Source: Protoeuglena noctilucae (Eukaryota). Taken from it: a stretch of 64,000 nucleotides of DNA. A program made the position numbers and the translations under genes. Below, one piece after another: positions 36,401-48,362 of this stretch; the first letter of the stretch is position 1, and each line of letters opens with the position of its first letter. The notes under the pieces are model-generated. The model did no database searches and was not told the DNA's origin. It saw only the letters and a program-made list of their open reading frames with translations. The stretch spans positions 558,001 through 622,000 of the forward strand of contig OY253684.1 in NCBI GenBank assembly GCA_958009085.1. Direction: 5' to 3'.

Positions 36401-39343
36401 GGCGGTCACGGGGAGGGTATTTGACATCGGGGACACGATTGCGGCTGCCGGCATTGGGCAGCTGAGAATGCTCCGGCTCGTACAGAAGCTTCGCCAGGAA
36501 TTTGATTTGGTTGAGATCAACGAGGCGATGGTGAGTTCACTCGGCAGCCAGCTGCGCAGGTCTGGTGCATGCCACAAGTTTGCACCTGCAAGCAGCCCCA
36601 CCTTCTTCGCCATACCTCGCAGATTAAGGCACATGAGGACCTCCCGCGTCTCGCGAAGGCCATTTCAGACAAGCTGCCTCCCGAATGGGTTCCCGTTTCG
36701 AACGATTGGGACTCGCCATCCAAGAACAGCACGCGCCCCTTCCTCGCCCACACCGCCCCGCCCCGGCCCACCTCGGCAGCAAGCGCTCGCGACAGCCCCG
36801 GCCCCCGCCACGTCAGGGCGTGGGGCCACGCGGTGCAGTCCGTCCCAGGGAGCCCCATGGCAGCTGCGCCGGGCTGCGTGCCGGCTCCCGGCTACCCTGG
36901 CGTGTGGGGCCCACCACCCGCCGCTGCGGGGGACACGCCCGCCCCCGCCCACCGCCTGTCGCGCAGCTTCAGTGGCGGCTTCCTCCCCAAGCCTCCCGGC
37001 TCCGCGGGCCCTGGCCGGTCGAGGCCCAGGGGCGTCCACGCGATGTCATCCACCGGCGGCACCCCACTCCGCCCTCGCATCACAGAAGAGGCCGACGTGG
37101 GAGCGCCGTCCTGGCATGGCGCAGAGGTCGAGTCTGCAGGGCTTGGTGACCTTTGCGGGTGGGACGCCGACGTGGGGAGGTGGCCGTCGCGCCCACCGCC
37201 CGGTGTGCATGTCCGCCGGGGCCTCTTCGGGTCGCTGGGCGGCGAGCCTGGCATGCGCGGCGTAGAGAGAGACGCGGGCGAGGGCAACGCGATGGCCGAG
37301 GGCGGCTGGGCCGGCGACGGTGGCACCAGCGACGGCCACGATGGCGTCGGCGCTGCTGGGACCGACGCTGCGGCGGGGGCAGAAGAAGCGGCAGCCCGGG
37401 AGGCCCGTATCCGCGCAGGCGTCGTAGAGGCCGTGCGTGCGGTGACCGGACAGGATCCCAAGGACGGGGTGTCCCTGGCTGAGTCAGGGGTGGACTCGCT
37501 GGGAATGACAGAGTTCGCCCGAGCCCTGGAGCGAGCCTTCCCGGGGTTGAAGGTGCCCGAAACGCTGCCATTCGACTATCCCACTCTCAGCGACGTGGTT
37601 CACTTCGTCTTCAAGGCCCTGCCGGCACCCGCAGCGACGACTCGGCCGGCGCAGGCAGGCGCTCAGAGACGGGTGCACAGCACGCCGGGCAGGGAAGCGC
37701 GAACAACGGCCGCGCGAGGCTCTCTGCACTCGCCGCTCGCTACGAACAGCCGTGCGCGGGCTGGCCGCGAGCATGGGCGCCCCGCCGGCAACCACGGTGT
37801 GCCATGGTCGATGCCGTCTCGGGCCTTGCCGGTGCACGTGCCGCCCAGCTCGGAGGTCGGTGCGGGCACGGTGCTCGCGCTAGTGCCTGCGCAGCTGCCG
37901 GGCATGCCTGGGCCCGTCTTTGTGTTGCAACCGGTCCCGGGGCACGAGGCGCGCCTGGCGAGGTCGATGTCGATGGACCTGGAGGACCCGAACCGGTCAT
38001 GGGGCCATAGTAACGGGGACCCGTGGGCCAGCGAGGCCGAGGACGAGGTGAGAGAGGGCGGGGTGTCGCCCCTGCTGGGTGGGTGCTTGGCGCTTGGCAC
38101 GCATCGACGGCACGGGTCGGGGGGCGTGCGAATGCAAAGGGCCTGCGCTCGTCCCTCCCCGTCCCACGCAGGACCTGCTGACGCGGCCGCGGGTGCGAGA
38201 GAGGTCGCGGAACTACTCTACGGCGGGTTCTGGCGCGGCGACTCCAGCCAGAATGGCGTTCCGTCCCCGTACGGCCAGCTTGTATCTGAAGGAGTCATAC
38301 GCCGCGACGCGAACGGCGAGCCGCGTTTCGAGCCAGGCTGTCAGCAGGTCCACAAGTCAAGCGATGAGACCAGGCTTGCACTCTTGCCGGCGAGGGTGGC
38401 GAGGGATCCGCCGTAAGGGCGTGTGACGCGCATTCCGCTGCCAACCTGGCATTGTAACGTCCTGTCGCATCGTGGTGAAGCATCTGACCGTCCTTTGATC
38501 CCACACAGGAGGACTCTGCGGCGTACCAGGTCGACGGGGCTGCGGGTCAAGCGACACAATCGACGTGGGCCATGCACGCATCCAGAATGAGCGACACTGC
38601 CGGCCACGAGTCCTGGCAGTACCGCGCATCGCCCTATCGCAGTCACGGCGAGGCTGCCGGATGGGGGAGGGCCGGGGTTGCAGATCACCCTGCTGGGTAC
38701 GGGGGCGGCGTGGCGCGCGAGCGTGGCTACCCCCAGGGTGCTGGCTTCACGCCACGCCGGGGGAACGAGAAGGCCTCACCAGCAGGTAAGCAATGCACGT
38801 AGGAGTCTTATAAACTGCCTCACACATCCCTCATGCCTGCGCATCGACGGTGGTGTGGATGCCGCCTTGACCAGAACACCATCCTCAGCCCTTTTGCTCT
38901 CAGGGAAAAAGTTCCTGCATCCCGGCAACTTCATGGGAAGCATCCCGATCCCAGAGTCACCAGGAGGAGGGTCTGAGACCAGGGAGCGTGCCAGGGCGGC
39001 CGTGTCAGCCGCACTGCTGAAGGTGCGTGCTTTGATTCCACCCACATTCGTACACGCTTTCCTCGTTTGCTTCTGGGCCAGCCGTGTGCATCTTCGTCAG
39101 CTACTTTTCAGAAAGAGATGCCACCTCTTACCCACCCCTGTTACGCAGGTGGTGGGCCAGAAGCTGGAAGACGGCGACTCTCTCATGTCAAACGGCGTGG
39201 ACTCGCTGTCAGCCGTGGAAGTCGCCAGCGCGATCAACGAAGAGCTCGGGCTCGAGCTCCCTGAGACCCTGGCTTTCGACTACCCTACCCTGGGCGACGT
39301 GGTGCAGTACGTGGCGGGGCAGCTGGCATGCAAGGGGAACTGA
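30500..39343 (+). CDS. Single-module AT-less type I polyketide synthase: ACP-KS-DH-KR-(degenerate ACP)-ACP-ACP, multi-exon; apparent in-frame TAA at 32261-32263
   Basis: ACP FMEMGLDSL...LPPTLLFDY; KS DPNQR, DTACSSSL, HGTGTALGDPIE, KAQVGHAEAAAG, SAFAFQGTNAH; DH DHVVQGKPILPG and HPSALDCVIQ; KR VTGGLGSLG, HAAGVLRD, GQANYAAAN; ACPs GVDSL at ~37490 and ~39195. Confidence 0.88.
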
Positions 39344-39529
39344 TTGACGTGTCGAAGCGTGACCGCTCATTCGCTCATTCATACTTTCATTCGCTTCATT
39401 CCGCACTAATAGCCCTGAATATGTTTGGCGCTTCCCTGGCCAGCTGATTGAAGCCCCCGCTATGCGCATACATGGGGGAGATGGCAAAGGTGCTGGTCTC
39501 CCAACAGATCCTAGTGTCTCTAGCCGCTT

Positions 39530-41111
39530 TTACGATGCCGAATGGCCCATGTCAAAGTCAAACATGAAGTCCTTCATGTATCGCTCCGCCTCCTCTTCCC
39601 CGAAACTCCTGGCCAGCTGGGCGAGCGTCTTCTTGTTCATCAGCATGTTGGTGCAGAACCTGCGATATGGTCAGCATACCAAAGCACGTGTGATGCATGC
39701 CACGGAGACAGCTCGCATTGGCGCGGTCAACTTGCGAGTCACGCGCGCGCGCACCTGGCGTGGGCCTTGCGCACGTCCGTTAAGCGGGCGGTCTGGCTGG
39801 GGTCTAGGGGCGTGACGTTCTGAGCCACCTTGAGGTACGTCAGCGTCAGGGCGTTGGCGAACTGAAGGAACTGCTCCAGCTCAGCACCTGTGCCAGGGCG
39901 GGTGATGACGACGTGGTCTGAGGAAATCTCCGCCTGCCACGGCGGCAGCTCTCGCGACTGGTTGCCACCCTGTAAGCCGTACTTCTCCTTCACCATCGCC
40001 ATGGCCTGCAGCAGGCAGAAGCAAGGCATGGTGGCATGGCGCAGCTTCGCAGCTTGGTATCACCACCCATGCGCTGGACCTTGCCTAGGGCGACAGCGGC
40101 ATCAAATCTGAACGACAAACTCGCCTGGGAATAGATGGGCGGAAGCATGCGGCTCATGGAGGCGGGGTGGAGGTCCGCGATGGCGAGGGTGATGTTGCCC
40201 CCGAAGCCAACCATGTCGAGGCCGAAGATGGGGATGTCGTAGTGCGCGTACGGGAACATGGTGATGTGGAGGACCTGCGCGGGGAGTCCAGGGTACTCGT
40301 CGCGCGATGTACGGCGGAACACTAAGCGTGAAGCCGCACCCGCACACGCCTGACCTGCAGCCCGTCCTGCTTCCACGCCATCTCGAAGTGGATCTTGCGG
40401 AAGACCGAGCTCCGATAAACGCGGTTCTCAATCAGCATTCGCGGGAAGAGGTCGGAGCCGCGCGCAGGGTCCGGCTCGAACATCCACGACAGCGCCGACT
40501 CGCCCTGCGGCTTGTGGCGTTAAGGAGCGTTGCGCTGGGCGTTCAGGCGCTCCGTCCGAGCATGGCGTTATATGCTCGTCGCGACGTCCCCACCTGCCGG
40601 TCCAGCGAGTCCCAGATGCGGTAGCGGGGATCGAAATCGTCCGGCTCGAGGTCCTCCACCACGTCAAACACCAGGCGCTCCAACGCCACGCATAGGCCCC
40701 AGAAGGGAGGTAAGAGACGCTCTTGCAACCTCCACGTGCCGCCCGCAAGCTGTTCCAGCAGCTCCTCGTCGGGCGGCGAGGGGCCGAACTCGGTGCTCCG
40801 GCATATCCTGCGGTGCGCGCGGGGGGAGGGGCTCAGGCCGTGAGCGCCGCAGCCGCTCGATGCTTCGACACTCAACACGGGGGGCAGACCAGTCAACCGT
40901 GGCAGAAAGGGCGCCGTCGCCGCGGTAAGGTCCCCGACTTGCAGGACGGGCCCGCGCTGACTGCGCGACACAGGAGGGGTTTCGCGGCACGCCCAGCCCT
41001 CACCACCCCGCCCTCTCGCGTCCCCGGAACACAGACGCGCCCTGGCCCGCCCTGAAAGCCGCGGGAAACTTCCCTGCAGCCGTGCCTCTCAAGGCAGGCG
41101 TCGGCACGCAT
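39530..41111 (-). CDS. pcyA: Ferredoxin-dependent bilin reductase, phycocyanobilin:ferredoxin oxidoreductase type; multi-exon, start uncertain
   Basis: IENRVYRSSVFRKIHFEMA, VLHITMFP...IPIFGLDMV...LAIADLHP, RELPPW, NKKTLAQLARSFGEEEAERYM: PcyA-like, with the equivalents of Glu76, His88 and Asp105 present. Confidence 0.85.
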
Positions 41112-41594
41112 CGGGGCGACACGGAGGCCGCCCGCGACAGCTCAAGCCGCATCAATCACAGCCAACGTATCAGTGCCGACGGCCGGCGAAAGCAGAAGTG
41201 GCGCGCCTCAAAAGCCGGACTTAGTACGGCGTCGCTAAAGGCACAGCTCTAGTAACGCATTCAGACAACTGCAGCCTGAATGAAGGCGTGGGTCGGTCGC
41301 ATCAGCGAATGAGGACGCAATGACGCGCGGCGGTGCACTGGCGACGGTTTGGGTCCCCTTGCACAAGGAGCCCCAGGCGGGGCAGAACGGTCAACCAGGC
41401 AACGGTTTAGGTCAGCCGGTAGTAGTCCCGGTCACCAAAGCTTGCCCAAAAGACCGGCAGGCTCTACAGGGGTGTCGTCCACACCTGCGACGTTGTGCAG
41501 CGCTGCGGATAGCGATCTACGGCGTATCCTGCGACTGAACGTCGGAAAGATAGGAGGGTGTTTAGGCTACGAGTGCGTCGCCGGTTCGGGGGCC

Positions 41595-44212
41595 ATGGAG
41601 GACCGGGAGTGGGAGGAAGTGCAGGCGGCTTTGGCCGGCCTCATATCGGGGAAGGTGGGGCCACACGAGTCGCGCGAACGCCGTGGCCCCCGTCTCTGTC
41701 ATGATGTCTCGCAGCAGCACCGTCCCGTCACCGAAATCGTCCCTTGACGCGGAGTATTCGGGACGCCGTGTGACTCGGTCCTCTCCAATGGCTCCGCAGA
41801 CGCGGGGGGCCGATGACCGGCCGTGGGAATGGTATTATGGGCAAATGTACGTGTATTTAGATGCGCTGGGGATGCGAGACGACCTCCGGAAGCTGAGGGT
41901 CATCCACGTGGCCGGCACCAAGGGCAAGGGGTCAACGTGTAGCATGGTGGAGAGCGTGTTGCGGTCCTGCGGGTACCGCACGGGTCTTTACACCAGTCCT
42001 CATCTGATTGACGTCAGGGGTGAGCGCTGCCACGGTGCGCGCGAGGCCGCGGGGCGTCGCCATGGCCCGGCCTGACCTTGTCGTTCCATCGCACGCAGAG
42101 CGCATCCGCCTCGGGGGCGTGCCCGTGTCGCGTGAGACGTTCAAGCGCGTGTTCTGGGACACCTACAAGCGCCTGGAGCAATTCAAGGGCAACGACTCGG
42201 GCATGCCTGCCTACTTCCGCTTCCTGACCATCATGGTGGGTCGCAGATGCCCGTGCCACTGTCAGGCTCTTCCCTCAGCGTGGTATCTTCCACTCCTGGT
42301 CTCCTCGCAGGCGTTCCGAATCTTCCTCGAGGAGGGCGTGGACGTGGCGGTCGTGGAGGTGGGGCTCGGGGGCCGCCTCGACGCGACCAACGTGATAGAG
42401 CGGCCCGCCGCGTGCGCCGTCACGCTGCTGGGGATGGACCACATGGAGCTCTTGGGTCCCACGATCGACTGCATCGCGTACGAGAAGGCGGGGATCATGA
42501 AGCCCGGCGTGCCGTGCCTGACGGTCGAACAAGACCCGGTGGCCATGCCGGTTTTGGTCCGAAGGTGCGAGGATGTCGGGCCTGCTGCAGCACCGCGACG
42601 CGCCTGCCGTGCAGGGTGCCGCTTTGGATGCCGACGAGCTACGCCTCCACCCCAGCGCAGGGCGCAGGTGGTGGGGTGCCCGCTCCTCGTTGTGCCCCCG
42701 CTCGGCATGTACGCTCCCCAGCCCGGGCATGGCCCCGTGGTTGTAGGGCTCAACGGGGACCATCAGCGGCAGAATGCGGCAGTGGCGCTGGGACTGGGTG
42801 AGACGCTCAGCGCGGGGCCTGACTCGTTGCCAAGCCCTGTGTCTATCTGCGCGGCACGCTTTGTGCTTTGCGTGCTGCGGGCCAGGCACCTCGTTCGCAC
42901 GGCTGACCCCCATCCAACCATCGGACTTGATTTCAGTGAAGGAGTTTGAGAGGCGTGTGGCGGGGGGGTTGATGCCCGACGTGGCACGCCAAGAGGCCGC
43001 GATGCGACGCGTGCACGCGATGGACGCTTGCGTCATACCGGCCGAGTACCTGGCAGGCCTCCGCCAGGCGCGGTGGCCGGGGCGCGCGGAGGTTATTCCG
43101 GACCCAGGGAGCCCCCCTGGGACGCTGACCTTCTTCCTGGACGGAGCCCACACGGTTGAGGTGCGCATGGGTATGACCCGCAAGCACGCTTGGTCTCACG
43201 GCGCCCTGCGCCGACCAGAGCCCGTTATCTGTAATTCGCTGCCCTCTCTGCGCTGACCTGGGCTTGCACTCGGACCTACTGACCCTGCGTCGGCCGGTGT
43301 AGGCTCGCCCGACCCTCTATCCAGCACCCCCGCAGTCCCTCGCCGTCTGCGGCCGGTGGTTCGCATCCACGTCTGCGCCGGTGTCCGCGACGCTCCCGGC
43401 CGCGGCGCACGAGGCTGCAGCCACAGAATCCACGCCTGGCATGGATCGCGACCCCTGTGGGCGGAGCGCTGGGGATGCGACGGGCGTCGCCAGCGCGTCA
43501 GATGCGTCCACCGATGGCGCTCTCGAGCCCGTGGACGGCAGCGCAGATGCGCACGTGGAGAGGGTCCTTCTCTTCCACTGCATGCAAGAGCGGGTGCCAG
43601 AAACCCTCCTGGCGTCGCTCGCCACCACGCTCGCCGAGGTGAGGCGCAACTCGGAGCAGGGATGCGTGTGCTGCGCTGTCCTGGTTTGCTCGCACCATAC
43701 CCCAGTTTTGCATGTGCACCCTCTCAGCAACCACCAGCAATCCATGCGCAGGTGAGCTGTGGAACAAAACGTGAAGACCGCATATGTACCCTGCGTCGCA
43801 GAGGGGCTTGCACTTCAGCAAGGCGCTGTTTGTGCCCCCGGACTCGAACCTGAAGAGCCTGGCCAAGGGCGGCGGCTCCCGAGACCTCGGGTGGCACCAC
43901 CGGATGGCGACCTTCGTCAATGCCGGCGCAGGGCGCTTCGGGCCCGGGCAAGCCGTCTGGCCCCCCGTGCTGGCGGCCCAAGCGGCCGCACGGGCTGACG
44001 CGCCGCGAATTGCACCGGAGGACGGCAGGGCCACGGGGCCTTCGGAGGTGGCAGACGGTCCCGGCGTGGCGCTCCCGTCGATCGCGTCTGCGATGGACTG
44101 GCTGCGTTCGAGGGCCCGCGGAGTTGGGCCCGCTGGACGTGTGCACGTGCTCGTGACGGGGAGTCTGTACTTGGTGGGTGACGTGCTCAGGGCGCTAGGC
44201 CGACTCGCCTGA
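41595..44212 (+). CDS. FPGS: Folylpolyglutamate synthase, multi-exon
   Basis: [77 protein letters not shown]. An additional upstream targeting extension is possible. Confidence 0.92.
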
Positions 44213-44497
44213 GCCCTGAGCAAGGTCGGAGCCATGCGCACGCCAGCCGTCACCGTCGTGATCCACATCGTCACGGTCGAGATATGGACAGATCCTCGCG
44301 TTCAATCGTGCCTCATATCTAAGCGCGGCGTTTTTGGATGGCCATCCTAGTCAGAAATGAAGGGTTGAATGGCCGCTGGCGCTCTGCCTGCTGTGCAAGT
44401 CCGGAAAAAACGTGAATGGTGAAACCATGGTGAGTGTTTCGCTGTCAGCAGCTGCATCGGGAGAGTAAAGCGCATGAACATATGTGCAAGTTGGCAT

Positions 44498-45456
44498 TCA
44501 GGGGTCCTCTGCGTCCTGCCCGAGCTCCGGGGCACCTCCCGCGGCCGGCTCAGCCCTCGGGCTCGCCCCCAGCGGCCGGTACGACTCCCGGCTGCCCCCA
44601 CCTCGCCGGCCCCTCACCCAGCTCTGGAGCATGGGGCCGAGCCCCTGCACGGCTGCCGTGCCCAGCAGCACCAGCAGGCACGCCTTCCACGCGTACGTGC
44701 GCAAGCCCCGGTTGCGCTTCGGATAGCTGAGCCCCAGCCACGCCACGTACAGCGCCAGACACCACGCGGCAGCGCCCAGGTGCCTGCGGGCACAGGTTAA
44801 ATGCAGCCGAGTGAGACCACTCGTCCCGAAAAGCGGCCATACGATGGCAAGACGCTGAGGCGTCGCACCGGTGAGCAGACTTGACGTAAGGCTGCAGGAG
44901 GCCCGGCAGCTTGTCAAGGATGCCGAGCGCCCGGAACGAGAAGGCGCCGCCCACAGCCGCAGCGGTGAGGGCTAAGAGCGCCGTGAAGCCCAGGACGCCG
45001 TGGGTCGTGGCCAGGTGCGGGTGTCCCTGGAGGCTCTTGTTGACCCACATCGCGGCGAAACCTAACAGAAGAAGTAACAGGCCGAGCGCCTGGTACAGCA
45101 GGTGCACCGAGATGGCCCGCTTGCGTTTGTCGCCGACGAGGGCGCGGAAGTCGATAGCCAGCAGCACCCTGGAGTCAGCCGGGCGGGCAACGCGTCAAAA
45201 GGAGACAGGCGTGATACGAGCGTCAAGCGCACTCTCCTAGCGCCGATTACGGCCCCCAAAGCGCTCACCCGTTGGACAGGAAGAAGGAGAGGCCTAAAAT
45301 CATGCAGGAGATGTGCACTCCGGCGAGCGTCCCATCGAAGAAAGACGGAACGGCCGTCAACACCACCGCTCCGCCCACCACATGCGATATGTAAACGCCC
45401 AGACTCTTCTCCTGCCACGACATGACTCCCCCGCGCTTTTTGGCTGCCGACGCCAT
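44498..45456 (-). CDS. Cytochrome b561 family protein (CYB561D-like), 3 exons
   Basis: TM helices with heme-ligating His in GVHISCM, SVHLLYQ, HLATTHGVLG and KSAHRHLG; NK...HL.T.HG signature. Confidence 0.8.
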
Positions 45457-45724
45457 GCGTTGACGCGATTTTCGGCTGTCGAGAGGCAGATGAGCCCGTC
45501 CGAGCGCGAGGCAGCCCGCGAGCACACGCGGGGCGCGGAGTTTCCACGCGCCACCCTCCCGAGTGACGGCTTCTGTACCACTTATTGACAAACGCATGCC
45601 CATCGAGCGCCAGGGTTCAACGTTTGCGCGCGTGAGCAGAGAGAATTGCCAGATGCTACACACGGCGCCAGACACCCATCGGAATGACGCGCCGGAGCCT
45701 GGCAATCCAGTGCTGTCCGTTGCC

Positions 45725-47807
45725 TCATGACGCCTCCGCCGCGGGCGGCTCGGCCGCCGGGGCCTGCGCTGAGGGTGCCGCAGCGGCGGCCGCATTGGCT
45801 CCGGAGGGCCCAGCCCCGTCCCCAGCCGCGGGCCCAGGCGCGCCCGCCGCCGCGTGCCCCACTCCCATCTGCGGCGCCCCCCACTGCGGCATCATGGGCT
45901 GGAGAGGCATCCCCTGTATCGGATACGGAGGGTAGGCCCCCGGTGGGTAGGCCCCATACCCACCCATGTAGGGCGGCGGTCCCCCATACCCCTGCCCCCC
46001 GCCCTGCCTCGCGTTGCTCCCGCCAGGATACGCCGCGCCCGACCCCATCTGCGACGGGTCCATCGAGGCGTAAGGGACGTTGCCCGGAGGTGGGCCGGCG
46101 CTGTACGGCCCTGCGGCATCCAGCATCCCCGACCCTTCTGTGAGCAACCGAGGAGAGGATGCCGTTGTTGGGAATCCAAGCCACCGCGACATGCAAGCGT
46201 AGCACGTCAAAGCTTGCTTGCGTGCGTCGCCGGCATGAGAGCAAAACTCACCTCCGCCCGCCTGCGCTGGCTGGGGCTGCCACCTGGGCGGGCCCTGGGG
46301 CTTGGCCCAGTTGAGGGCCAGCCGCGTGCCCTTGACGATGAGCGCATTGCAAAGCGCCTCCGCCGCCGCCTCCGCGCTCGACCGCTGCGAGAGAGCCGGG
46401 CGCAGCGATGAGGGACGCGTGTGAACTCGCGACCACTCACGCGGACATGCCAAGCGACGTATCACGATGCGGCCGATGGCGTGCTTACTTGACGTGAGCC
46501 AACAGCCAGCCCATCCCACGCCTTCATCCCACTGACGCTCACCTCGACATACTCGACGAAGGCGATGCGCTTCAGGGGGATGATCTTGATGCTCCGGATC
46601 TCCCCGTACCCGTAGAACGCACTCCGCAAGTCCTCCTCGTTGATCTCCGGCTCCACTCCTCCCACCCACTGCGCTCAGCCGAGGATAGCACACTATGTGA
46701 GCACCCTGGTACCGTTGGCAGGCTTCGCAGGCCGCCATGGCACAGGCTGCGCGTGTCCCAGGACCCGTCGCCTCACCAGCGTCGTCAGGGTCGGGTCGGC
46801 CGGTGGCACCACGACCTTCATGTTGCTGGCGCGGTTGAGCATCTTGGACGCCACCGGGTCGTTCACACCGAAGTAGCGGTCCTTGATGTTCTGCCTCGAT
46901 AGCGGGTCGTTCGGATCCGTCGGCATCTCGTGCCTGCAAGGGTGAGGGACAACGACCGTAACGCAGTGCCAACCAATGCCAAACCCCCCAGGGTTTGAGA
47001 CTCAAGACAGGCGCAGGGTCGGGTTCGCCTCTGCGGAGCTCCTCACCTGTACGGGCACTCCGCTCCTCGCTTGCACTCGCCGCGGACGTAGAAGGTGCAG
47101 ATCCTGGCCTGGTTCCGTCGGTAGTACGGCGCCGTGCGTGCCAACTTCATCAAGAGGTCGTGCCCCGGGCCCCGCGCCTTGAACGTTGACTCGTTGCTAT
47201 CGAGCGTGCCGTCTTGCTCCATCTGCTTCAGCTGGTACTCGCGGCCGACGTCCGACTGGGCCAGCTCGGTCGTGGCCTGACCCGACATGGCCAGCGCACG
47301 GTCGCGGACCTCCACGGGCAGCCCGTACTCCAGATCGAAGAGACACACCTGCGAAGGTACGGTAGAGAGGCCGCAGGTCGGGTGGCAACGTCACGCGTGG
47401 CAGCGAAGCACAGGGCCCGGCGGAGGCCCGGGTCCCGCACGGCTCCCGTCGCACCTGACAGACGTTTTTGGCTTTGGCGACCTCCTGGCAGATAATGGTC
47501 TTCTTGTAGCGCGCCTCCACCCCTGGCCTCCAGCGGAAGACCGTGTAGGGCCGCCCGCTGATGTGGCACTGGCCGCCGTAGGGGATCTTCTGCATCCTCA
47601 CGTAAGGGTTCGGACCCAGACACGTCTGCGGGCGCGGAAGGGACCCGCGCGTGACGCAGAACGGGCAGCGAGCGCGTGCCGTGCCGAATCGCCCGCGAGC
47701 AGGCGCGGGAGCCTCGCGTAGCCGGCGCAGCTCACCTCACAGACTATGGGGAATTCGGACGTCTCCCATCCCTCCTCCTTCTCGTCGCGGAGCAGCCGGT
47801 GGGCCAT
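45725..47807 (-). CDS. RBM22: Pre-mRNA splicing factor RBM22/Slt11 (zinc fingers, CCCH, RRM, Pro/Gly/Tyr-rich tail), multi-exon
   Basis: [82 protein letters not shown] with AFVEY. Confidence 0.94.
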
Positions 47808-48362
47808 CTACGCTCCTCCCCTCTTCCGCGCCGCCGCGCCGCGGCTGCAACGACGGGCCCCGCGCGAGTCGGCCCGACCTAAGCGCGCTTCCCTATCCCG
47901 CTTTCGCCGACTTCCCTCGCCGCTGTTCCAAGCCTAGGCCTGAGCGGGCTACCGCGACGGGGTCGTTGGAGCAGGAACTTTCACAAAAGCTGACTTTGGT
48001 GCTGTAGTTCACTCATCTGCCGCGTGCAGCGTGCCGGGGACGGCCACAAGTCCATGCCCACCCCCGAGTCTGACTGTCGGAAACTGCGCCGGTCTGACCG
48101 CCCTCCGACCGAAAGAACAGGGTGGACCGGTTGCTTTGGAAAGACTGCGTGGGACTTGTCGGCTCGCGCAACGTCTCGCGGTTCTCCTGAGACGGCAGCG
48201 GACCCAGGCGCGGTGGGGACGCAGGCGGGAGACCATCATCGGCATCCTGGGGAGGGACTCGTCGTTCGTCTGCAGGGCTGCCTCTCTAGGCGAAAAAGCG
48301 TCCCCAGGCGTCCCGTCTGTGCCCATCCCCGGGTCCGCCAGCCGCGGCGCCCCGAGCAGGAC

